A DNA stretch of 64,000 bases. Origin: Actinomycetota bacterium. GTDB taxonomy: Bacteria > Actinomycetota > Acidimicrobiia > Acidimicrobiales > CAIXPF01. Of the stretch, positions 27,781 through 36,568 are shown one piece after another. The translations under genes and the position numbers were made by a program. Position 1 is the stretch's first letter; every line of letters begins with the position of its first letter. The DNA lies in the NCBI GenBank assembly GCA_034211175.1, contig JAXHUH010000257.1:5964-69963 (forward strand). Direction: 5' to 3'. The notes under the pieces were generated by a model. The model worked only from the letters and a program-made list of their open reading frames with translations. It did no database searches and was not told the DNA's origin.

Positions 27781-28695
27781 ATGGTTGCAGAGATCGCAGT
27801 CGTCGGGAGCCTCAACCTCGACCTCGTCGTCCCCGTGGAGCGCGTGCCCCTCGTGGGGGAGACCGTCCTCGGTGGTGACCTCGTCCGCAACTGCGGGGGC
27901 AAGGGCGGGAACCAGGCCACGGCCGCGGCCCGTCTCGGCCGGCGGGTGGCGATGGTGGCCCGAGTCGGCGACGACGACGCCGCGGAGATCCTCCGTCGGG
28001 GCCTGGACACCGACGAGATCGACGTCTCGCGGGTCGTCGGCACGCCCGGTGTGCCGTCGGGGGTGGCGCTGATCGCGGTCGAGGCGGCGGGCGACAACGC
28101 GATCGTCGTCGCGCCCGGCGCGAACGCCCGCCTCCGCCCCGAGGACGTCCGGGTCGACGCGGTGGCGACCGCGTCGGTCGTGCTCGTGCAGCTCGAGATC
28201 CCGATCGAGACCGTGGAGGCGGCGGTGGCCCACGCCACGGGGACGGTGGTGTGCAACCCCGCGCCGGCCCCGCCCGGTGGTCTCCCGGCGTCGCTGCTCG
28301 GTGCGCTCGACGTGCTCGTGCCGAACGAGACCGAGCTGTACACGCTGGCCGGTGCGCCGGCCCCCGACGGGGACGCGCCGGGCATCGAGGCGCTCGACGA
28401 GATGGCGCGGGGCCTCGGCGCCCACCACGTGGTCGTGACCCTGGGCGCCCGCGGCGCGCTCGTCGTGACCCCGGACGTGACCGAGCTCGTGCCGGCGCCG
28501 ACGGTGCGCCCGGTCGACACGACCGCGGCGGGTGACTCGTTCTGCGGCGGGTTGGCCGATCGCCTCGCGGCCGGCGAGGACCTGCTCACCGCGACCCGGT
28601 GGGCGGTGCGGGTCGGTGCGGCCACGACGCTGCGGGCCGGTGCCCAGCCGTCGCTGCCGACCCCCGAGGAGGTCGAACGCCTCCTCGCCCCCTGA
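27781..28695 (+). CDS. rbsK: Ribokinase (PfkB family)
   Basis: VVGSLNLDL, GGKGGNQA, PNETE and DTTAAGDSF motifs. Confidence 0.92.
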   Translation: MVAEIAVVGSLNLDLVVPVERVPLVGETVLGGDLVRNCGGKGGNQATAAARLGRRVAMVARVGDDDAAEILRRGLDTDEIDVSRVVGTPGVPSGVALIAVEAAGDNAIVVAPGANARLRPEDVRVDAVATASVVLVQLEIPIETVEAAVAHATGTVVCNPAPAPPGGLPASLLGALDVLVPNETELYTLAGAPAPDGDAPGIEALDEMARGLGAHHVVVTLGARGALVVTPDVTELVPAPTVRPVDTTAAGDSFCGGLADRLAAGEDLLTATRWAVRVGAATTLRAGAQPSLPTPEEVERLLAP

Positions 28696-28712
28696 GCGCC
28701 CGTCACAACCGG

Positions 28713-29537
28713 TCAGGACGGCAGGGCGAGGCGGGAGCCGGCGGCCGAGCGGCGGTCGTTGCACGTCCGCTGGAACAGTCGGCCCTGCGCGTCGACCCAG
28801 CAGTTGGTGTTCGCACACCCGCCCTTGTCGTGGGTCTGGTAGTTGACCCGGACCGACGCGGGCCGCACGACCCGTCCGTCCGGTCGGCCCGCCTCGAGGT
28901 CGCTCCAGCGGACGGTCGCCGCCGGGTGGTCGCAGCGGGCGAAGACCTCCGACCACACCATCGGGTCGCTCAGCGCGGTGCCCGCGGCGTGCAGGTCCCG
29001 CACCCGCGTGACCTCCCCGGTCTCGACGTCGGTGATCGTCCCCGGCCACGCCCACAGCCCGTTGGTGCCCCGGATCTCGTCCGCGCCGGCGAGCTCCTCG
29101 CCGACCGGGCCGATCTGCAGGCGGTACGCGCGCCCCGGCTCCCAGAGGAAGTCCCGCGTGTTGCGGTTCCCGAGCGTGCCCGGCAGCGGCGACTCGCTGC
29201 CGTCGAGCTCCCCGCCGCCCGAGCGGTACCCGCCCCAGTTCGCCGCGGTCTTGTGCGGGTAGCGGTGGTTCCACTGGAGCCCGAGGTGGCCGGCGCCGCC
29301 CCGGCGGCCCTTGTCGACGAAGCTGGCCTGCAGCGCCCAGAAGTAGAGGCGGTCGACCGTCGGCGGCTCGACCACCTCGATCGTGGCGGCGACCCAGTCC
29401 CACTCGCCGGGCAGGTCCCAGAAGAGGTGGAACGACGAGGCCCCGTTCGACGATCGGGGCTCGCCGGCCGTGCGGGCGCCGGCGGCCGGGGCGCCGGTCA
29501 GCAGGCGGCGGACGGTGCGGAGGAACGTGTCGGCCAT
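28713..29537 (-). CDS. Hypothetical Trp-rich beta-type protein
   Basis: 274-aa ORF with typical codon bias directly downstream of the CoA-transferase; LYFWALQASF and ANWGGY segments. Confidence 0.75.
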   Translation of the reverse strand: MADTFLRTVRRLLTGAPAAGARTAGEPRSSNGASSFHLFWDLPGEWDWVAATIEVVEPPTVDRLYFWALQASFVDKGRRGGAGHLGLQWNHRYPHKTAANWGGYRSGGGELDGSESPLPGTLGNRNTRDFLWEPGRAYRLQIGPVGEELAGADEIRGTNGLWAWPGTITDVETGEVTRVRDLHAAGTALSDPMVWSEVFARCDHPAATVRWSDLEAGRPDGRVVRPASVRVNYQTHDKGGCANTNCWVDAQGRLFQRTCNDRRSAAGSRLALPS

Positions 29538-29541
29538 GGCT

Positions 29542-30786
29542 TCAGGCTGGAGGCCGTCCGGCCGTCTCGTCGCCGATCGCCACGATCCCCCGGGTGCGCA
29601 GCTCCTCGAGCTCGTCCGGGCCGAACCCGGCGTCGGCCAGCACCTCGGCCGTGTGGGCCCCCGCCACCGGCGCCGGCCCGCCGGGCGCCACGTCGGCGCC
29701 GTCGATGCGGAACGGGGTCGCGACCGTCTCGTGGGGACCGACGACGGGATCGTCGATCTCGGCGAACGCGCCGAGCGCCCGGACCTGCGGGTCGTCGACG
29801 ACCTCGGGCAGCGTCGCCACCGGGCCCCAGGTGACGCCGTGCTCGTCGAGCCGCGTCGCCCACTCCGCCAGCGTCGCCGACGCGAACCGCTCCTCGATCA
29901 GGGGGATGAGCGTCTCGCGGTGCACGTAGCGGTCCATCGGTGTCGCGTACCGCTCGTCCTCGGCCCACTCGGGGCGACCGACGGCGTGGCAGAAGGCGGG
30001 CCACTGGCGGGGGAACGGCGCGGAGAGGATCAACCAGCGGTCATCCGCGGTCCGGTAGGTGGTGGTGAGCGGGCTCGGCGAGTCGGCGCGGGTGCGACGC
30101 GGCGGCTGGCGACGGTCGACGAGCGCGGCGGACAGGTCGACGGTGAGCGTCCACAGCGCGGTCTGCAGCAGTGACACGTGCACCGTCTGGCCCTCGCCGG
30201 TCTGGTCGCGCACGCGCAGGGCGCACAGCACGGCGGCCAGGAGGTTGAGCGACGTCGTCTGGTCGCCCTGACCGGGCCGGAACCGCACCGGCGGCTCGTC
30301 GGGCTCGCCGAGGAGGCTCATCACCCCGCCCCGGGCGAAGAACGACGTCATGTCGAAGCCCTGGCGGTCGGCGTCCGGCCCGTCGGGCCCGTAGCCCGAC
30401 AGGCAGGCGACGACGAGCCGCGGGTTCGCGTCGCGCAGCTCGTCGGGGGTGAGCCCGTAGCGCTGCTGACGGGCCCGGGTGAGGTTCGTGACCACGATGT
30501 CCACCCCGCCGGCGAGGCGGCGGACGAGCGCCGGGCCCTCGGGGTGGTCGAGCGCAACGGCGATCGAGCGCTTCCCCCGGTTGATCGCCCCGAAGACGTA
30601 GTCGATCGTCGGTGCGCCCGGGTCTGCCTGGTGGGGCTGGCGGAGGGCGCCGCGCATGCTGTCGCCCTGCGGGGCCTCGACCTTCACCACGTCCGCGCCG
30701 AGGTCGGCCATGATCGCCCCGGCCGAGGGCGCGGCGGCCCAGTTCGCGATCTCCAGGACGCGAACCCCTTCGAGCGGTGCGACCAC
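29542..30786 (-). CDS. CaiB/BaiF family III CoA-transferase
   Basis: PLEGVRVLE, ADLGADVVKVE, NRGKRS and GFD motifs; GAGG RBS before GTG. Confidence 0.95.
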   Translation of the reverse strand: MVAPLEGVRVLEIANWAAAPSAGAIMADLGADVVKVEAPQGDSMRGALRQPHQADPGAPTIDYVFGAINRGKRSIAVALDHPEGPALVRRLAGGVDIVVTNLTRARQQRYGLTPDELRDANPRLVVACLSGYGPDGPDADRQGFDMTSFFARGGVMSLLGEPDEPPVRFRPGQGDQTTSLNLLAAVLCALRVRDQTGEGQTVHVSLLQTALWTLTVDLSAALVDRRQPPRRTRADSPSPLTTTYRTADDRWLILSAPFPRQWPAFCHAVGRPEWAEDERYATPMDRYVHRETLIPLIEERFASATLAEWATRLDEHGVTWGPVATLPEVVDDPQVRALGAFAEIDDPVVGPHETVATPFRIDGADVAPGGPAPVAGAHTAEVLADAGFGPDELEELRTRGIVAIGDETAGRPPA

Positions 30787-31340
30787 GTCCCCCTCCTCAT
30801 CGATCGCCGGTGCGCGCCCGCGGACGGTAGTCGACGCCCGTCGAGCCACCCCCACCGTCGGTCCGGGCCGGCCCGGGCCGGACCGGTTGGCTCGGCCCGC
30901 CCGGACGTCGGCGGCGGGTCGTTGGCCGGGACGATCGTCCTTCACCCATTCGGGTGAGCCTCTCCGGGCCGCGCGCGTTGCGTGACTCCCATCGTCACCG
31001 TTTCGTCATGTGGCCCGGAGTGACCTGGTGGTGCCGTCGTTCGCGCCCGCGAACACCGAACGACGTGTGTCGATATTCGTCACGGAGGCGCTGGTGCGAG
31101 GCATCATCGGTGGGCACAACTACGATGACCATCGGCTCACTCGGCGGAGTGGGCCGGGCCGGGTGCTCGCCTCGTGAGTCGAGGCAGCGACGTGTGGGCG
31201 GCGCCCCGGCCGGTGTCGAACGAGCGGGAGGCCGAGCGGTCCCTTGTCCCTCTGCGTGGCGCGCCCCCGCGCCGCCACGGCGGGACGGGAAGCGCTCCCG
31301 GCCGCTCGACACGTAGGCGGCGAGGGCGGGAGTCCGATCG

Positions 31341-34307
31341 GTGCGAGAACTCACACTCCTCATACCACTCGGGATCATCGGTGCGATCCGGTGGTCGGCA
31401 TGGCTCCTCCGACGCATTCCCGCCGTGCTGTACCACCCGGCGCGACGCGGTCATCGGGAGCCGATCACCGTGGTCACGCCGGTGTACCAGGAAGACCCGG
31501 TGCTCTTCGACAACGCCATCCGCTCGTGGTTGGCCAACGGTGTCGACGAGGTCATCTGCGTCATCGACCAGACCGACTCGGCGTGCCAGGAGGTCGCGGC
31601 CCGCCATCCGGTGAAGGTCATCGTGACCGACGTCCCCGGCAAGCGGGACGCGCTGCGCCGGGGCTGGGAGGTGGCCACGACCCCGCTGGTCGCCCTCGTC
31701 GACTCCGACACGCTGTGGGCCGACGACGTGGCCGACCGCGTGTGCGAGCCCTTCGCCGACCCCTCCGTCGGTGGTGTGGGCACCCGCCAGAACGTCTACA
31801 ACCCGATGAGCGTCTGGCAGCGCCTCAACGACGCCTACCTCGACTACCGCTACTACGACGAGATCCCGGCCCAGAGCTTCGTCGGCAAGGCGGTGTCGTG
31901 CCTGTCGGGGCGCACCGCCGTGTACCGGCGCGACCTGCTCCTGTCGATCAGCGACGAGTTCATGGGCGAGCGGTTCTGGGGCGTGCCCTGCAACTCGGGC
32001 GAGGACAAGCGCCTCACGATGATGACGCTGAAGGCCGGCTACCGGACGGTCTTCCAGCAGAACGCCCGGGTGTGGTCGACCTTCCCGCCCGACGCCCGCA
32101 CGTTCATGCGCCAGCGCATGCGGTGGGCCCGGAACACGTGGCGGAGCGACCTGCGCACCCTGTGCAGCCCGTGGGCGTGGCGCCACTGGTTCCTGATGCT
32201 GACCATGGCCGACAAGGCGGTCAGCGCGTTCACCCTGCTCATCGCGCCGACCTTCGGGCTCTTCGCGCTCGCCACCGGCAACTGGACCCTGCTCGCCATC
32301 CTCCTCGCCTGGTGGCTGGTCAGCCGGTCGGCCAAGTACCTGCCCCACCTGCTGCGGCGACCGTCGATGCTGCTGCGCATGCCGGTGCTCATCGGCATGT
32401 CGTTCGTGCTCGCCGTGCTCAAGATCGTCGCCCTGTGCACGATCCGCCGCCAGCGGTGGTTGACCCGTGAGGTCGAGGTCGTCGACGGCGAGATCGTGCG
32501 CACCGGCGGCGCGGCCGACGGCGAGCACGCCGTCGAGGACGGCCACGCCGTCGGCGAGGGCGCCGCGCCCGCCGGTGCCGGTCGGCGCTGGCGCATCGGG
32601 CGCGGCCGTGGGCCGGCCACCGGTGCCGGGCCCGTGCCCGCGGCCTTCGCCCGCATCCCGCTCGCCAGGTTGGTGATCGGCTCCGCGGTGCTCGTCGCCG
32701 CCATCGGCGCCACCGCCGCGGCGGCGAGGGGCCAGACGACGCCCGACTGCCTCCTGCCCGACGAGGAGCTCGACGGCACGTCGATCCTCGTGCCGGCCCG
32801 CGTCGCCCGCTTCGACTGCGACTGGCCGGCCCACGTGCGGGCGATCGTCCTCACCCAGGAGGGTGTCCGCCTCCAGGCCGGCGGGCAGGTCGTCCGGGCG
32901 GTCGAGACCGCCGGTGCGCCCGGCCGCGTCGACTTCTCCGACCTCGTCGAGCGCATCGACGACCCGGCGTGGATCACCGAGCCGACCCCGGACACGTTCG
33001 AGGTCCGTGCCGCGCTCGTGCAGCAGGCGGGCACCCGCCTCGTGATCGAGTCACCCTCGGTGCGCGAGCTGCGCCTCGTGGACCTGCCCTACGTGTACCT
33101 CGGCGGCGAGGACGCCGAGCTGCTCGTGCGCGGCACCCGGATCCGCTCGTGGCTGGTCGACGGCGCCGAGGGCGGCAGCCCCGACCTCTCGGGCGGTCGC
33201 CCGTTCGTCCTCTACGACCGCGGCTCGTCGGTCGAGATGACCGGCGGTTCGTTCGCCGACCTCGGCACCGACCGCTCGCGGGCGACGGGTGTGACCATCC
33301 GTCGCGGCAGCCACGCCACGTTCTCCGGCACCGACTTCGTCGGCAACCACATCGGGCTCAGCGCCCTCGAGGCCGGGCGCGTCGTCGTCGACGGCGGCAC
33401 GTTCGGGTCGAACGCGGCGCACGGCCTCGACCTGCGTGGCGTCGACCGCCTCGCGGTGCGCGACACCGAGGTCACCGGCAACGGCGAGAACGGCATCGTG
33501 ATCACCGGCTCCGCCGGCGAGGCCGCGATCCGCAAGAACGTCGTCGCCCGCAACGGCGGCAACGGCATCGTCGTCGCCGACGACGTGGTCGGCGACATCG
33601 TCGAGGGCAACTCGGTGGTCGACAACGGTCGCGACGGCATCGTCGCCGTCGACGCGGCCAGCCTGACGATCACGTCGAACACCATCGACGGCCAGCGTGT
33701 CGGCGTCCGGGTCAGCGGCGCCACCAGCGAGTTCCAGGTCATCGAGGACAACGAGATCACCGGCGGCGAGGTCGGCATCGAGGCCTACGACGGCGCCAAC
33801 ACGCTGGCGCTGTCGGGCAACGACGTGACCGGCAACCGCCGCGCCGGCATCGTGTTGGACGCCCCGGCGTCGTCGTCCTCCGGCGACGTCATCTCCGGCT
33901 CGGCGACCGGCATCGAGGCCCGGGCGCCGGCCGCCATCGACGAGCTCGAGATCGGGTCCGTCGACGTCGGTGTGGCCGTGAAGGCGACGGACCGGCCGCC
34001 GGTCACCCTCGACGGGGTCGACATCGTGGCGGCCGACGTGGGCGTGCGGGTCGACCGCAACGCCGAGGCCGTGCTCACGGGCGGCGGCTTCATCGATGCG
34101 CCCCGCGACATCGTCGGCTCGCACGTGGAGGAGGGTCCCGAGCGGATCGTCTCCACCGGAGGCGAGCCGACGCCCCGGATCCTCGGCATCCTGGGGATGG
34201 GCTTCGTCGCGGTGGCCTTCTTGCTCGAAGGGGTGCGGAAGTGGCGCCTGCGCGACCTCGCGTCGCTGGCAGGCAACGCACCGCCGTCGGTGATCAACCC
34301 CGCATAG
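31341..34307 (+). CDS. Processive GT2 polysaccharide synthase fused to a right-handed parallel beta-helix domain
   Basis: GKR, DSD, GEDKRLT, QRMRW motifs, then TMs, then many GN..GI repeats and a C-terminal TM. Confidence 0.88.
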   Translation: MRELTLLIPLGIIGAIRWSAWLLRRIPAVLYHPARRGHREPITVVTPVYQEDPVLFDNAIRSWLANGVDEVICVIDQTDSACQEVAARHPVKVIVTDVPGKRDALRRGWEVATTPLVALVDSDTLWADDVADRVCEPFADPSVGGVGTRQNVYNPMSVWQRLNDAYLDYRYYDEIPAQSFVGKAVSCLSGRTAVYRRDLLLSISDEFMGERFWGVPCNSGEDKRLTMMTLKAGYRTVFQQNARVWSTFPPDARTFMRQRMRWARNTWRSDLRTLCSPWAWRHWFLMLTMADKAVSAFTLLIAPTFGLFALATGNWTLLAILLAWWLVSRSAKYLPHLLRRPSMLLRMPVLIGMSFVLAVLKIVALCTIRRQRWLTREVEVVDGEIVRTGGAADGEHAVEDGHAVGEGAAPAGAGRRWRIGRGRGPATGAGPVPAAFARIPLARLVIGSAVLVAAIGATAAAARGQTTPDCLLPDEELDGTSILVPARVARFDCDWPAHVRAIVLTQEGVRLQAGGQVVRAVETAGAPGRVDFSDLVERIDDPAWITEPTPDTFEVRAALVQQAGTRLVIESPSVRELRLVDLPYVYLGGEDAELLVRGTRIRSWLVDGAEGGSPDLSGGRPFVLYDRGSSVEMTGGSFADLGTDRSRATGVTIRRGSHATFSGTDFVGNHIGLSALEAGRVVVDGGTFGSNAAHGLDLRGVDRLAVRDTEVTGNGENGIVITGSAGEAAIRKNVVARNGGNGIVVADDVVGDIVEGNSVVDNGRDGIVAVDAASLTITSNTIDGQRVGVRVSGATSEFQVIEDNEITGGEVGIEAYDGANTLALSGNDVTGNRRAGIVLDAPASSSSGDVISGSATGIEARAPAAIDELEIGSVDVGVAVKATDRPPVTLDGVDIVAADVGVRVDRNAEAVLTGGGFIDAPRDIVGSHVEEGPERIVSTGGEPTPRILGILGMGFVAVAFLLEGVRKWRLRDLASLAGNAPPSVINPA

Positions 34308-34427
34308 ACCCTGAGCGGGACACCGACGGGAACAGGACTCGGCGCGACGGAGGGCGGCCCCGCGCGGGTGGACGGAGGCGACTCCGTCGTAGTGGACGTG
34401 CACGGCGAGGTGGGAGCGGAGCCAGGC

Positions 34428-35396
34428 ATGCGAGTGGTGATGGTCGGAGCCGGAGTGGTGGGTGCAGCGACCGGACGGGCGCTGCACCGACACGGTCACG
34501 ACGTGTTCTTCGTGGACATCGACCCGTCGACCGTCGAGGCGTTGCGCCGCGACGGGTTCGACGCCGGTGGCACGATCGAGTTCGACGCACGGCCGACGGT
34601 CGTGCTCCTCGCGGTGCCGACGCCCTACCGCGACGGAGGCTGGGACCTCGGCGCGGTGCGGGCGGCGGCCGCCTCCATCGGTGACGCCCTCGGCGCCGCC
34701 ATCCGGGCGTCGACGGCGCCGGAGTCGTTGGTGATCGCGGTCCGCTCGACGGTGCCCCCCGGCACCACGACCGGTCTCGTCCAGCCGATCGTGGCGGACC
34801 GCGCCGGCTGCGAGCCCGGGGAGGACTTCGTGGCCGCCTCGGCGCCCGAGTTCCTGCGCGCCGCCACCGCCCTCGACGACGCGCTGCACCCGCGGGTGTC
34901 GGTGGTGGCCGCCCGCGACGGCGACGCCCGCCGCACGCTGGCGGAGCTGTTCTCGTCGTTCGGTGGGGAGCTGGAGGTCCTCGACGAGCCGTCGGCGGCC
35001 GAGATGATCAAGTGCGCCCACAACCTCTACAACGCCACGAAGATCAGCTTCTGGAACGAGATGTGGGAGGTGGCCGGGCGTCTCGGTGTCGAGGCCGACA
35101 CCGTCGCCCGGGTGGTCGCCGCCTCGTCCGAGGCGTCGTGGAACCCGTCGTACGGCATCCGCGGTGGCGAGGCGTACGGCGGCATGTGCCTTCCCAAGGA
35201 CACGTGCGGGTTCCGCGCGTGGGCGGCATCGGCGGGCTACGACCTGCCGCTGCTCTCGGCGACGATCGAGGTCAACGACCGGATGAGCCGCGTCGGCGAC
35301 GTCATCGACCTCCGCCACGCCCACCACGGCGTCGAAGCGGACGACGCCGACGACTCGGCCGACGACGCCGACACCCGGGGCGGTGTCGTCGGCTGA
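34428..35396 (+). CDS. UDP-glucose/GDP-mannose dehydrogenase family protein lacking the C-terminal domain
   Basis: GAGVVG, RSTVPPGTT, PEFLR, K...N...KISF.NE and YGGMCLPKD motifs; ends in an acidic tail. Confidence 0.88.
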   Translation: MRVVMVGAGVVGAATGRALHRHGHDVFFVDIDPSTVEALRRDGFDAGGTIEFDARPTVVLLAVPTPYRDGGWDLGAVRAAAASIGDALGAAIRASTAPESLVIAVRSTVPPGTTTGLVQPIVADRAGCEPGEDFVAASAPEFLRAATALDDALHPRVSVVAARDGDARRTLAELFSSFGGELEVLDEPSAAEMIKCAHNLYNATKISFWNEMWEVAGRLGVEADTVARVVAASSEASWNPSYGIRGGEAYGGMCLPKDTCGFRAWAASAGYDLPLLSATIEVNDRMSRVGDVIDLRHAHHGVEADDADDSADDADTRGGVVG

Positions 35397-35640
35397 GGTG
35401 GCCGGTCCGATGATCTGAGCGACGGGTGGCCGGCGGTGAGCACCGCCGGCCACCGGCGCGTCGAGGGGGCGGGCCCGGGTCGGGGAGGATCCGCGCCGAC
35501 GCTGAAGAGGCCGTGCCGATGGCCGATAGGATCCGGGACGCGGGAGTGGGGCCCCGTCGCGGCCGATCGTGCATGGGCGCGTATGGTGACGTCGGATGGG
35601 CGGACGGGGCCCGGCGGATCTGTCGAAGAGGGGTGTCGGC

Positions 35641-36432
35641 ATGGGCAAGGTGTGGACGCGTGCGCTGGTCACCGGCGCGTCGAGCGGGATCGGTGAGCGC
35701 TTCGCCGAGCTGCTCGCCGAGCGGAGCACGGAGCTGGTCGTCGTGGCCCGCAGCCGCGATCGCCTGGAGGCCCTGGCCGATCGTCTCCCCACCCACGTCG
35801 AGGTGCTCCGCGCCGACCTCGGCGATCCCGACGACCTCGACCGGGTGATGAGCCGGGTTGCGTCGGAGAGCTCGCCGGTCGACCTCGTGATCAACAACGC
35901 CGGGGTCGGCAGCGTCGGGTCGTTCGCCGACACCGACCTGTCGGTCAGCTCCCGCATGCTCGACGTGAACGTCGGCGCCCTCGTGCGCGTCACCCACGCC
36001 GCGGCCAACGCGATGCGTCGCCGCGACCGCGGCCACATCCTCAACGTGGCGTCGGTCGCCGGCTCGATCCCGGGCCCGGGCACCGCGGTCTACAACGCGT
36101 CGAAGGCGTTCGTCCGCAGCTTCAGCGAGGCCGTGCACGAGGAGCTGCGTGACGAGGGCGTCGTCGTGAGCGCCCTGTGCCCCGGCCTCGTGCGCACGCC
36201 GTTCCAGGATGTCGCCGGCGCCTCCGTCGACGGCATCCCGGCGATGATGTGGTGCGACCTGGACGAGGTCGCCCGCGCCGGCCTCGACGGGGTCCTCCGC
36301 GGCCGCGCCGTGATCGTCCCCGGGCTCACCTACAAGGGGATCGTCGGGCTCACCCACGTCCTGCCGAGCGCGGTCACCCGCAGGGTGATGGGCGGCGCCC
36401 GGCCGACGCCGATCGCGGCGCAGCAGCACTGA
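35641..36432 (+). CDS. Short-chain dehydrogenase/reductase
   Basis: TGASSGIG, NNAG and YNASK motifs. Confidence 0.95.
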   Translation: MGKVWTRALVTGASSGIGERFAELLAERSTELVVVARSRDRLEALADRLPTHVEVLRADLGDPDDLDRVMSRVASESSPVDLVINNAGVGSVGSFADTDLSVSSRMLDVNVGALVRVTHAAANAMRRRDRGHILNVASVAGSIPGPGTAVYNASKAFVRSFSEAVHEELRDEGVVVSALCPGLVRTPFQDVAGASVDGIPAMMWCDLDEVARAGLDGVLRGRAVIVPGLTYKGIVGLTHVLPSAVTRRVMGGARPTPIAAQQH

Positions 36433-36568
36433 TCGGCCGCGTCGCCGTCCCGGGCGCTCCGGGGCCGGTGGCGGGCCCCGCCGACCGGCGGTGCAGGCGT
36501 TCGGAGCACGTCCCGGCGGGTCGGTACGCTTCTCGGGTACCGACGCACGCGCCACCCCGGAACGAGTG

